A DNA stretch of 64,000 bases from Schizochytrium sp. TIO01 (GCA_004764695.1 SMSO01000032.1:6108483-6172482), one strand, 5' to 3'. Counted from the stretch's first letter, positions 1-11,783 are shown. Numbers and translations: made by a program. Notes: generated from the sequence alone by a model not told the origin.

Positions 1-306
1 CGCGCGATCATTGGCCTCCGCAAGCCTCCTCGTGAGCTGCACAAACTCATTATTGTAGTCCTTATTAATACCCACCAAACTCAACAACGCGCTGTCATCC
101 TCGTTTTCCTTCACCTCAATCTGCGTGTTTGATGTTGCCAAAGAGTCATTCCTGTCATGTCTTTTGCTTTCTCCAGTCCTGCTTCTCGTGCTGCTCTTTG
201 CGGATATTCTTGAAGCGCTCGCTTCGCTTTGTGCGTCAGAGAGAAGTTTCGCAAGCTCCTTTTGGGTGCTCTTTATGGCAGAAGCCGCTGTTGTCAGGCG
301 CTGCAT
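1..306 (-). CDS. 5' part of an uncharacterised, probably coiled-coil protein; runs off the left edge
   Basis: Not in the ORF track because it has no stop in the window. My translation from ATG at 306 (MQRLTTAASAIKSTQKELAKLLSDAQ...EFVQLTRRLAEANDRA) is open for 102 codons to position 1. It is preceded by a GC-rich leader and then an AT-rich spacer. Confidence 0.65.
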   Translation of the reverse strand, partial: MQRLTTAASAIKSTQKELAKLLSDAQSEASASRISAKSSTRSRTGESKRHDRNDSLATSNTQIEVKENEDDSALLSLVGINKDYNNEFVQLTRRLAEANDRA

Positions 307-2072
307 GGCCGTTGACGCCCTCGCCGTCGACCGCACAAACACCAGACGCACAGTTCAAGCCCGCAATAGCTGCCGGCCTTCTGAAACGTCCTCGTCAGTG
401 ACAAGAGCTCCGTCGCCGCCACCGCGCACTGCTGTGCTGCGACGGAGTCCAACTTCGAGATGGTCTGTTATCCGCTATAAATTTATAGAGTTCTTCAACT
501 TCAATCAACATTAATCCTATTATATACAGATACTGTTATATACACCATATATGCTGTTTTAAAAACATTTTGAAACATTTATTTAAATTAAAAAATTAAC
601 AATGAATTATTTTAAATAGAAAGAAGAAAAACCAGAATGACACAAAGTTAAAAAAATAACCACCATTTCCAGGTCTGACTTATTCACGATCAAGACTGCT
701 CCAAATGAACTTAGAGCAGGGGGCGGAACGCGGTATTTTTAAGGAGTGTTCACCACCATAACAAGGCAACATCCACGCAATCCCCATCGTATTCTTTTGG
801 CTCAAGAAGAGGGAAACCGGAAGGACACAATGTGTGTGTCTCTCGGCTGGGTCACTATACCGTTTCATTTGGTCAGCCAAGATGGAGCTCCATTGTTGCT
901 ACTGCTGCCGCTGCTAACTTGTATTTCTAGGTTGTGAAACCTCGGTTTTCACGATTGAATAGGGAGAAAGGGGCCTCTGGGGTCGTGATGTATGTAGGTA
1001 TTTTGCTAGAGTTGGAATCTGTGCTGGCGATAGAGGTCGAGGGAATGACAGTATATGCGACCGTTTGTACCAGGATTGATTGGATTGTGATGATTTGATT
1101 AAACCTTTACGAGCAAGAAAAAATATCGTCGTTGGGGCAAAAGGGGGCTGTGACCAGAGTCACTAACAAAGGGTGAGATTCACAATTATATGTACTCTAA
1201 ATTAGCTTTCATCTACGAATCGAAGTTGCTGTTAAATTTTCTTCCTCGCGGACAATTGGCTTAAGGTGCATGAAGAGGACGACTGAAACAATTTTTGGGG
1301 TCGATCAGTGTTGTATGCTTGTCGTTGGTGCTGGTGTTGATTAAGAAGTCGCCGTCATCATTGTTAGCTTGGTGTGATTACTTGTTTGTGTATGTAATGT
1401 AGTATCTGTTTGTCTATCTGTCTGTCTGTTAAAGTCTGTACCTAATAATAGCCTTGTGTTCTAGAGCAAAGGATTTAGAGTCAGAAATAGCGTCAGAAAA
1501 GAAAAGAGATCGAAAAGAAAAGAGAAAAACTATATGGAAAGGAGTTCAAGATGGAAATGGACGGTGAGGAAGAGCGCGAGAAGGCAAGGGCATAAAGAGA
1601 ATAAAGAAAGCTAAAAAGGGATCCGCAGGTCCTTCTCTCGACGGAAATCTGTAATATGCAAATACCCCTCTAAGCACGGTTGTCCGCAATTGGACCAAGT
1701 GTGCCACTAGGGACCTAGACCAGGCATTGACGGCCATTGTCATGCCAGGGCTAGGATGAAGCAATTTAGAAAGGGATACAACAAAGTAATGTTGCCGTTA
1801 CTCGTATATCCCCCTTCAAGATTTCGGCTGATGAAGTTGTCGCTTTTATAACTTCCTCCCTAACTCCTCAATTCATGCACATACGACACCCCGTCCCTCT
1901 CCCATACTGTTTCATACTCATTTGATGAGCCGCATCAATTTATACCTTTTTAAATGTTGACTTGAGGAGAGGGATGAGGGGTTGTTTTTATTGAAGAAGA
2001 ATGCCCCTTTCAAAGTCCAAGCCCAATCCCAATGAAATTCAGCCCCTTCCACTCTTCCCAAAGAAGAAAAAA

Positions 2073-2972
2073 CTACTCGTGGTGCACACGCTCTAGCCTA
2101 CGGAATCCACGGGAGTAGTTCTGGTCATTAACCTGTTTGCGCCAGTAGTAGAGAGAAACTAAGAGACAGATGAAGTACAGCGCAGCGGCGCTAAAGGCAT
2201 TGGTGGCAACAACAGATTTCTTTGAGGGGGCCCAAATTTCCGGAAAATAAGTCCAGTCCATGAGCGCGTAGGATCCCAGGCAAACAAGATAGATCACACC
2301 AAGGCAGGAGAAGATGCTGCAGCAAACGGGAAAACAGTGCGGAGAGTTCTTGGTGACCTGAACACTACCTCCCCTCGAGAAAACGTATTCCCCACCGTGC
2401 TTGTCATCGTAGGCAGTCAAGTTCCCGGACGCAGACCCAGTGTCGGAGGTGAGCAAGGCATCAGTTTCACGAGGGTGAGAACCCACGGAGCTTCCTCGGG
2501 AGTACATGGCACGATCGAGCTCGCTGGGTGGGAAAAGGCGGATACGCGCAGCAGCGTCACCTGTCAGAAGGCGACGGTTTAATGACTCTTCAAGATCCCT
2601 GTGTGAAGGCGGTGTGTCACGACCGTCAATTTCGTCGTCAAAGTTGGCGTCTGTCAGCAAATCACCCGAGCTACCAGAGTTACGATTCCGCAAGTTTGAC
2701 AAATCAATTTCCAAGGGCTCAAAGCGCGATCCAGAGGTTGGTGGTTGAGGCGGATACGCAGTGGCGAACGAAGGGGGTACGGCAGTCACTGACGACCGGG
2801 CCGTCGCTGCAGAGGAGCTTTCAAGGCCAAGACCGAATGGGTCACTATTATGGCCAAACTCGTCTTCCCCACCGGTGCCCCCACCGATGCTTGAAGTATC
2901 GGTGTCACCAAATAGGCCTAGAGCGTCTTCTACGTCATCCACTGGCCTCACCGACCCTCTTGCGGATGAGTG
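2073..2972 (-). CDS. Membrane protein with C-terminal RNase-kappa/V-ATPase subunit f (RNASEK)-like two-TM domain and long disordered N-terminus; start unresolved
   Basis: The C-terminus CCSIFSCLGVIYLVCLG...ATNAFSAAALYFICLLVSLYYW resembles the RNASEK pattern (C..LS..G.I.L..LG ... N.F.AA.LY). The ORF-track start is GTG. A branch/acceptor-like CCTTTTCTAATAAG on the minus strand ends at 2973, suggesting an upstream exon. Confidence 0.65.
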   Translation of the reverse strand, partial: HSSARGSVRPVDDVEDALGLFGDTDTSSIGGGTGGEDEFGHNSDPFGLGLESSSAATARSSVTAVPPSFATAYPPQPPTSGSRFEPLEIDLSNLRNRNSGSSGDLLTDANFDDEIDGRDTPPSHRDLEESLNRRLLTGDAAARIRLFPPSELDRAMYSRGSSVGSHPRETDALLTSDTGSASGNLTAYDDKHGGEYVFSRGGSVQVTKNSPHCFPVCCSIFSCLGVIYLVCLGSYALMDWTYFPEIWAPSKKSVVATNAFSAAALYFICLLVSLYYWRKQVNDQNYSRGFRRLERVHHE

Positions 2973-3864
2973 CTTATTAGAAAAGGAGGTGATTTTTCTT
3001 CAAATGGGGCCTCTGGCCCCGACTCGACCCTTGTTCAGGCCGAGTGTCACAACTTTGCCCGATGGCGCGCTTTCAAAAGAACCCTGTGTTTATGAGCATA
3101 GTTCAACCCAATTTCACATGACAAGCCCAAGGGGAATATGGTTTGATTTCATGAACACGGTGCAATCGCACGATGCAAACATAAAAGCAAACAAACATGT
3201 AGGTAACACACACCAAGTCACAAGTTAGTCTTTCCGTTCAGAGATTGATCCTTGAAAGCACGTTTCTACACTTATATCAATAACATATTCCACGCCCAAA
3301 ACCCTAGCAGGCAAGACCGGAGTCATCGCTTTCTGGAGCACTTCTTCTTCCACAGTCATCGAGATTTTCTTGTCCACTTGAAAGAAACCTCACAAGGTGC
3401 TATTATTTTCCCCTGAGGTTTCCCACACCACTTGGGGCATTCAGCTCCTCCGTAGGATACCCTTTCGTGGTGTCTCCGTTGGTCTTCTCCTCCTCAGCGT
3501 TGACATTCTCTTTGCTATTGGCAAAGCCAGCAGCTTGCGTGTGGTGGCTCCCCCCGTCCAAGACACCCCCATCTTTGTCATGGCCACAAGACGAGCCGTA
3601 AATAGCCTATCCGAGCGAGTAAGAACGTACCTGAGTTCCACTTACCTCCCACGAGGCACCAGCTGTCGCGTCCGCCTTGCTTCTAGGAGCGAGGAGGCGA
3701 GCGAGGAAGCGGTTTTAGGCACGAGGGAGTCACAAAGGCAAAGGAGACGGAGACAAAGAGATTCTTTCTCTTTCTTTCTCTCTTTCGTCTCTTTCTCTCT
3801 TATTATTCCTAAAGAAAGAAAGAAATCAAATCAACTCAATGAAGAAATCAAAGAAATCGAGGCG

Positions 3865-4640
3865 ATGGATGCAATGGATGTTGAGTATCCGCCACCCGCT
3901 GCGACGGCTCCGCGGGCTCCGCAGGCCGAAGATACAACAAAGACACCCGAATTGGCGTCTCGGGGTCCACCGGTTCCTCCTTCCACCCGGCCAAACAGCC
4001 ACGCCACTTCGTCCTCAACTCGAGTCTGGCCAGCGTAGCCGAATGCTCGCAGAAACTGAGCGCCGATGCGGTGCTTTACACGCACGAGAGGACCCTTCGA
4101 CTCCTTTAAGGTGCTTATTACGGCCAACATACTGAGGCTACCTTCAGTTCGCCTATTCTCAGCTAATCTTTAATTAAGGTGGTTATTTCCCCAGGTGCTG
4201 AGTTAAGGCTTATCTTGATATGTAATAGTGTGAGTGGCACTTCTGAATAACCCAGCTTACATGGGGCCCATTAAGGTGGGTAAGCTCAAGAATGGGCGAA
4301 CGGGAAGGAGTTCTTATCTAGCCCCCACAGAATACAAATTTCTCCGCCACGCGCCTAAGGAAAGGAGGTACAGTTCTGTGGTTCACGACACATGGACTGG
4401 CCGCCCCTCCTCTGGGTTCGGTCTCAGTGAACAGGGGGCCAGGCAGGGAGTCTGGTGGAGGAGGTATTTTTGCTGCCGAATTTGCAGCAAAGACGCCTCG
4501 GCATTGGCACGCTGCCCTCTGCACTCCACGCGCCACATTTGCACTGCGAGACTGTCTCCTAAAATGATGCTTGTGCTTTTCTTCCGCAGACCATAAACCG
4601 AGGCGGAGCCAGACTGCACCGTCTCGGACTCACAGAAAGG
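3865..4640 (+). pseudogene. Decayed retroelement gag/ORF1-like relic with degenerate zinc knuckles
   Basis: Pro-rich start (MDAMDVEYPPP) is followed by frameshifted, stop-interrupted coding-like sequence. CRICSKDASALARC has CX2CX4(H>S)X4C spacing at 4474-4515. Two further broken knuckle-like pieces follow (STRH...RDC; C..SADH). Confidence 0.4.
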
Positions 4641-7600
4641 CTCTGTTCTCGAGTCGACGGCCTATCGCGAACCCTCTCGAACTTGAGTCCGCAAGCTTTG
4701 GTCAATTCGAGACGTCGAATTTAGAGCTTTGTCGATCTATCTACCTCCATAGGTATACCTCCATAGTACTAAATAATAAGAGTAAAAGAATCATCATTTC
4801 CTGCAAAGTTCTCAGTACTGTTAGATGAGTTAATTTCTTAATTAATTTTTAAAATTATTAATTAAGAATTATAAATTATAAAAAGAATTTGTTTTCAAGG
4901 GGCATGTGATTAAAAGAAATGTGACGCGTGCTCTTCTTCGTTGGGCTCAAGTCGACGAATCCCCAGATACATTATAGTTCTCAGGTCACTGGGTTAGCAA
5001 GTTAAGATGTGACGGATATGCCTCGACACAAGTGTTACCTCAGAATCCGACCCGTATTATGTGCTCACCGCCAGATTAGGGCGACATTGTGTGTGGCTCT
5101 TATCCTTATCAGAAATGGGCACGGGGTTCCGTTGCGAGTCGAGTCACTCTAAAAGTGAACCCATTTTCATAAACTGGGCCACCATTCAATTGAATGCGTT
5201 GACCTCAAGCTCGGTAATCATCGCATTTTGATGATTCTCGATATGTAAAAAACGGCTTTCCAGATGGCACCGCCGACAGCAGCATTCACTGTAAGTGGTG
5301 CCCCTCCTGCGCTGGCGTGGGGTAAAGAGTTGGTTAATGGAATGTGCTACGACAATTTTTGAAGATGAACCAGAAAGCAAGAGAAATGCTTTGTAAGTGC
5401 CAGCAGTTGAGCTTCATGTGCTTCGAGACTCCATGCTTGCACTTATAGATTACTGGGTAAGCCATTTCCGCGTTCGATTGGTCTGTTGTTTTCCAAAGTT
5501 TCTACGGCGTGCTTGCTACTTCTCATTATGCTATTTCTATCGAATAAACCATTTCATGCTTATTCCAAGGTGCGCAGGTCATTAGTCATTGATAAAACCT
5601 AAACTATGCATGGCATTCATCTTCAAGCCAGATCATAGGTTTGCTTATGAAGCCAGGCCTCCGAAGTTCATTGTCCTGAGGCAAAGGACGATTTTGGACA
5701 GACACCTATCTGATTTTGTGATTTTATTATAACTCAATTTTTTACTTTGGTGAAATAATAAAATAGTTTCTTCAAATTAAAAAAAGATCAAATATAAGTA
5801 AATGTTTTTTGTTTTTGTTTTTTAAAATAAAATAAATAAAAGATTAAAAAACGTTTATTTATAATTTAAAAAAATAAAAATATTTTAAAACAATGTAAGC
5901 AAAAAAAAATGCACAAAGCAGAACAAAATACAAAACTACTTTTGAGGGGTCTTACATGCGTGTAAAAGTAGCTTGTTTGATTTGCTGCAGCGAGAGATAG
6001 GCATGATCGGCCAGAGTCAATTATAAACATGAAGGTAAGCTATGAATGCAACTCCCTGGTCAGAGACGCGATGTTACATTGAAAAGCCAGCACATAACTA
6101 TTCAATCGATGATCAATCGAAACACACGATTTCCTGCAACTACTTAAGCTTCGCAAGTTTCTAAAGTATAAAGATCATCCAGTGCCGGGCATCTTTATTG
6201 TTTGCAACACCCTTTCGGCAGTCATCGCAGCAACCTAAATATATTTCAGAAGCAGATGATGTCAAAGCTGAAAGGATGTTCGACAAGGACGTTTGCAACC
6301 TCCAGCGAATCGAATCATAAACTATTGCAAATTGACCTAAATGTGTTCCTACGGTTGACTGGAATTGAGCCATACAGATCATGACCCTGTCCATCTGCTT
6401 CTAAAAATTAGCTACCTTTTAACTCTGCGTCTTCAATCATACCGCAGCTCTGCAGTCTAACCGATTTGATGTGGTTGTCCCACACTTGCGGGCAAAAAGT
6501 TAGAGATCCCCCCACGCAAAGACGCAAATTATGGCGCCAATCCAAAACTTGCCGTGAGCCTTGTGAGCGAGTGACTTTGGACGCACCAGAACGTCGTTTA
6601 AGCCTAAAATTCGGCAAACATAAGGAATTTCTGTGTATTGTCACCAAATCAATATGTTTGCACTTAACCCCTGCTCAATGAATTTCATTATGACAGATGT
6701 TTTTGAAGCAGCCTTGAAATTGTGACGGTCGCAATCAAGATAAACAACGCAAGTTCGACTACAACCCCTAAACTTGTGGGACGAGTTCACAAGACATCTT
6801 CTTAGCAACACTGGATAACACGCTGACCCACGGGCGCATGGACTCTCACCAAATGAACTTATGTTGATGTTGTCCTCCAATAAATTGAAGACTTTGTAAT
6901 GCAACATTCTATACTTTGTAATGCCAGGGTCCACAGAAGGCAGAAAAATTATGATTGCACAGCGCAGTTGTAGAACGCACGTCGAGGGTACTGCAGGATG
7001 CCTTGTTTCCCGCTATTGGTGTGCTTCAGCTTCTTAAGCAAGGTGGGTACGCTCACATCTTCCTGCCATTCCCTCGTGGATTTCGAACTCCGCATTTGTC
7101 CGCGCACTTTCACAGGAATGCCATTCTCGGAGAGGGTGCCCTGGAACCATTCTTGAACCATTCTTGTAAGCATTGGGGTAATTGTCTTTGGTTTCAAGAG
7201 GGCATTTCCGACGGGCGCAAAGAAAGCAAGGAAAGCCACAGAAGGAGCAAAACCCTAACAGACAGACACACGGACCAGTTTTTTTTTCTTTTTCTTTTTA
7301 ATAAATTTTAAAGTTATAGAAAAGATGCCGTTGACTGTTTAATACTGAAGTTGGATTAACACCACTTGGAAGATGGCACTATTGCAGTCCAATACAGTGC
7401 GTGTGTCGTGTCCTCTTCTTCCTGCAAGGCGGAATCAGTTTGTTGCATGCGTATTTATTCTGCGGTGTTGCAACGGGAGTGCCCATTGGTCACCAGTCTC
7501 GAGGCACTAACACTCTTCAGACGGGCCGCCCTGGTGCTTTGGCAAAGATCACAAAGACTATTTCGATATTGTGTGATGCTTCATTACGATTGCATTATAG

Positions 7601-9855
7601 AAGTTGACGAATAAATCTTCTCAAGCTTCTATTTCTTTTAATCGTGTCTTTTCCTATCATAGGTTAAAGGCACATATTTAAAAAAGGCAAAAAAAAAAGA
7701 AGCATAGTAATAACATAGTAATAGCCTAGAGTAATAATAACAAAAATAACTAATTATTAGTATTACCATCATCATCACAAAGTTTCTGGGTGAATAAACA
7801 AACCAATAAATATCGAACCAATAAACAACGAAATGGATAGCGCCGTGCTGACTCTTCCTTTGGAGTTTTGTCTTGAGCACCACATCAGGAAGTGAGTGCT
7901 ACGTTCCAACCTCGGCGACTTCGCTACAACTGCCGAGCTGAGAGCCCAAAAGCAAGCCTGCGAAAGAAGCAAGTCTTTCTCTGACTCCCTCTCCATGGCT
8001 GCTTTTTTGGCCTGCTTAATTTCCAACTATGGTTTTCTTTTGTACCAATCGCTTTGCGCCTACCTAGAACTTTTATTCCTTCGAAGGAAATAAAACTTGA
8101 AGAGGGACGGCGTGTGTAACCAACATTTAATCTCGTGAAAGGGTCCAAAACTATCGAAACACTTCACGCAGATTTGCCATTCGATCTCCAAGTTGCAAGC
8201 CGGAGTCCGAAGCTAATTGAGCGATCGACGTGCGAAGGTGAAAATGATCAAGCCTCCACCCAAGCGAAGTGCATCGAAGTCAACTGCGTCATCAGTCGAT
8301 CTCAATCGCCAATTCTTGAAGAATCGATAGCTCATCAGGCGCTTTGGTCCTGCTTCCTCCAAGGAATAGGAAGCGGGACTGCTCTGTTTTAAAACAAAGG
8401 TCTCTTTAAGACTCACAAAACCTGAGCGAGACTCTAGACTTTCCCTCGTCCACGTGCCCTGTCACCCCGTGTATCCCCCATCGCAAAACCGATCAAACCA
8501 AGCTCCGCTGGGGCCTAGCTCTGCCGAGGCCAGTGGTGTCCCTTTGCATTTATTCAAGCTCTTCAATTTTAAGAATTCGTGATCATCGCTCGGGTGGACG
8601 GAGCAAAACAGGCAAACATAGCTACCATGGTCTCCTTCATTGGGAGCACGTGCAAGAAGCTGGCGTTATTCGAAGGCCAGCGACGCAAACATGTACAAGC
8701 TAGGCATCTCTCCAGAGAGTAATTTGCGCAATGCGTCGATCAGTGGCCACCTGTTTGGGCTCCTGCAGGCGGCTGCGAGGGTGGGTTCCTGCCTTTGCAA
8801 GAGCGCGCACGAACTTGAAGTTATTTGGCTTGAAAGAGAACCACCGCGAAATCGACTTGAAAAAAAGGGGAGCGTGCCGTGTCAGGAAAGTTCGGACTTC
8901 GGGGGCTGCAAACATGCACTTTCTTTCTTCCACGCTTCAAGCAGCGCCGACGGACCTACGTGCTGCGTGCCCACCTCCACCCCACCGCCTCTGCGCCTCT
9001 CTGCTGCTGATCTCCATAGGTTCCTATCGCGTCTTCTTCGCTCAGCACCAAATCCTGTCTTTTGTTGTTGTTTTCTTCAAAGTTGTTCTCAGTTTTTTTT
9101 GTTTTGTTTTTTGTTTTGTTTTGTTTAAATAGTAAATTAATAGCAAACTATGATCAATTAGTATCGATTATAAAATTATTGTATACATCTTCAAAACATA
9201 AAATAACTAAATACAATAATAAAATACATGAAATGGCAAGATCGAACTAGACTAAGCACGAACTTCCTTCACGACTGCCGACTCAAGCATTCCCAACTCA
9301 AATATTTCCTCAACCTCGCAGGCAAACTGGCTCGCCGATCGCTTCTCAACTTCAGACAGCTTATCTACTTTATTTATCTATTTTACATGTCTATTTATTT
9401 ATCAATTTGTGTTTCTCCCTTGCGGTTCCTCCTGCTTTTGATTGCTTCCTGCTCCGCACTGTGCACTCGCTGTCTTTCACGCGTGTTTGTGCAACCAGTG
9501 AGCTCGACCAAGAGGCTACTACTGTACTGTAGACTATAGAAATACTTCACTTGCAGACCTAGGAATAACTCATTTTGATGGCAGCGCCTGCAAGTGGGCT
9601 ATAAAGCCACCTGCCTGCAAGCGATGCACTCAATGTAAGAGGTTTCCAATTCAGCGCATGGCTTTCTACTTCTTTTCCTGTCCTGTTTTTCTTCAGTTGC
9701 AAATGAAGAAATGGTTCGTCTTTCAATTACACTGCTTTGAAGAAAGGGAATGAAAACGCAAATCAGAGTAAAACTCTGCTCTCTGGTTATAATTCTTGAC
9801 AAGAATAAATATTTAAAAAGTTAACCCAAAAAATTGGAAAAGTAATTATCAAAAT

Positions 9856-10201
9856 GGAAAGAGTTGAGGGAGGGAAAGAAGACCTTTCTGAAGTGGCCCA
9901 CTACGCCAAGGTGATCGCGAAAAAGCAGCGTGGACACCAGTGTGGTACAGTGGGGTCCTCAGTATTTCCTCCCCCCACCCGCACATCTAAGGGGGGAGAT
10001 GTGAGGCAGTGGAGCCTAGGTAAGTTGTCAAAGTTTTTCTTACCTAGGTGCGCCTTGTGTGGAAGAGCACCACAGTTAATCGGACCCAACTGAGGGTATT
10101 TCCTGCCTCGGCCACCATGGTTAAATGGAGTTTTGTGAGATGGATGTGGGAGAGAGAACGCGCAGGTAAGACTCACCCTTCCCCCTCCCTCACAGCTTTC
10201 C
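9856..10201. ncRNA. Candidate structured non-coding RNA of unknown family (G-U pairing favours the minus strand)
   Basis: Terminal pairing 9856-61/10196-201 and 9865-74/10183-92. Internal stems 9893-98/10110-15, 10003-09/10103-09, 10015-24/10039-48, 9982-88/9997-10003 and 9971-76/9991-96 (crossing). T-tracts follow the minus-strand 3' end. Confidence 0.45.
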
Positions 10202-10599
10202 AGGAGGGCTGTGGTGAGCGGGGAACCCGTTTAGAGTCGCGGAGACAGCGCTCAGTTTCTCTGCTTTGCTTTTCTCTCCGTCTCTCTCTCTTTCAGGTTC
10301 TAAGCGCCTCGAGAGACCAGGATCTGCAAACCATCGCCTTGGAAACCCGCGCGAGTGGAGCCCCATTCTCGTCTTCCAGCCAGCCTCGCCGTGGGATCCT
10401 CGAGCGCAGAAGCAAAGCAAGCAGGTCCCGGAGGCTGGCTGTGCCAAGCACGAGCGAGAGGTCTTCTTCGCCTTGTTCTTCTCTCCATGTGCTTGAGTTC
10501 GCAAATACATGGAAACAGAAACGCAGAAACAGACGATTACACATCATACATTCTCATACGCACTGTTCAGGTTTAGAACAAACAAAGGAACGAAGGAAC

Positions 10600-10601
10600 G
10601 A

Positions 10602-10661
<60 letters not shown>

Positions 10662-10662
10662 A
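10600..10662 (+). repeat. (GAAA)n microsatellite
   Basis: About 15 tandem GAAA units, read directly. Confidence 0.95.
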
Positions 10663-11089
10663 CTTGAAAGAAAGAACATACAGGCATAGATAGATAGATC
10701 CCAAAACTCCTGAGCAATGAACGGGCTTCTTCAAGCCTCAGGCGGCTCGCTGCGCTGCGCTGCGCTAAGCCCAAGGCCAAGGCCAGGCTCCGCGCTTCCC
10801 TGCGAGGGAGGCAGTTGCAGCCGCTCTTCGTCCTGGCTGGCTAGCGACTGCCGCCACCGCCGCGGCGGAGCACAGTTCGAAAGCGCGGAAGACTTGGAAA
10901 GAAAGCACTTAGTTGAAGAACAGAAGAACAGAAGAACAGAACAGAAGAACAGAAAGGAGTCTTTCTTCGAGGAAAGAGGTACCAACTGTGCTATGAACAG
11001 GTAGTACCTACGAAGATTGATTGACGAGGAGCGAGTTGTTCACTTGGACGCGCGGCGCTTCTTCGATCTGATCTCATGCATGGTGGTGG

Positions 11090-11160
11090 GCTCTGATGGG
11101 TTCTGATGGATTCTCACGCAGTCCGATGGATTCTGATGCATTCTGGTGGACTGTGATCTG
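11090..11160 (+). repeat. Degenerate 10-bp tandem repeat (TTCTGATGGA-like)
   Basis: ctctgatggg ttctgatgga ttctcacgca gtccgatgga ttctgatgca ttctggtgga. Confidence 0.8.
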
Positions 11161-11200
11161 AGCTTGGGCGCTTCTTGGAGAGACAGAGGTTCACGCGCTG

Positions 11201-11290
11201 CAAACAAACAAACAGACTTGAACAAATAATGAACAAACAAACTTGAACAAACAAACAAACAAACAAACAAACAAACAAATAATAAACAAA
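11201..11290 (+). repeat. (CAAA)n microsatellite, interrupted
   Basis: Tandem CAAA/AAAC units, read directly. Confidence 0.9.
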
Positions 11291-11783
11291 GTGGTTTCCC
11301 TTCCGTCAGGAATGCAGGCGATCGATGGAACTGGCAGCGGAGGATCTCTGGAGGAGGGGCCTGAGGCGCGACGAGGAAAAGCGCAAGTGGCGGCGGAAGA
11401 ATGGCCTGAAGCGGCACTCGCTCTCACGAGCCTTCGCGCGAGTGATCTCGAGAAGGTACGAAGCAGCAGAAGATGGAAAACCTCAGAACTCGCAGTGAGA
11501 GAGAACTCACTCTTTCTTTCTTTCTTCTTTCTTTCTGCAAAAGTGAAAATAATTGTTTTATTTTATTTATTTATTTATTTATTATAAAATATAGGTACAG
11601 GCTACATAGATAATGAATGAGCCCTGTGTCTCTAACTGTAAGTTAAATTTAAGATCAGGGGAGCTAGTCTAGAAGCCGTATAGCCGCCACTACTGTAGCA
11701 TGCGACTAGGTCTACTTACGCTTTCAAACTTTAGACTCGCAAAGAGGAAGAGAAATCAACTACCAGCACTAACCCCTATATAT

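Noticed and set aside
4106-4290. Repeated TTAAGG(TG) words at ~97-bp spacing resembling an array or tandem ribozymes
   Set aside because: Better explained as recurring xxT-AAG-GTG (F/I-K-V) codons in a decayed ORF. There is no constant repeat-spacer structure.
4994-5008. TTAGCAAGTTAAGAT resembling a tracrRNA segment
   Set aside because: It is a short chance similarity. There is no Cas/IscB/Fanzor ORF or CRISPR repeat in the window.
6100-7260. Short ORFs, including a kinesin-like word (EFHYDRCF)
   Set aside because: An isolated motif followed by a stop, with no other motor motifs. At most an unassignable relic.
9945-9975. CUGAGGA and GAAA on the minus strand as a hammerhead core; CCGAGG..AAAUACCC nearby as a TPP riboswitch
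   Set aside because: The order and spacing do not give hammerhead stems I-III with an NUH site. The TPP ACCUGAU...GCGNAGG half is missing.
10160-10175. CUUACCUG on the minus strand as the U1 snRNA 5' end
   Set aside because: No U1 stem-loops or Sm site follow. It is simply the complement of a + strand splice donor.
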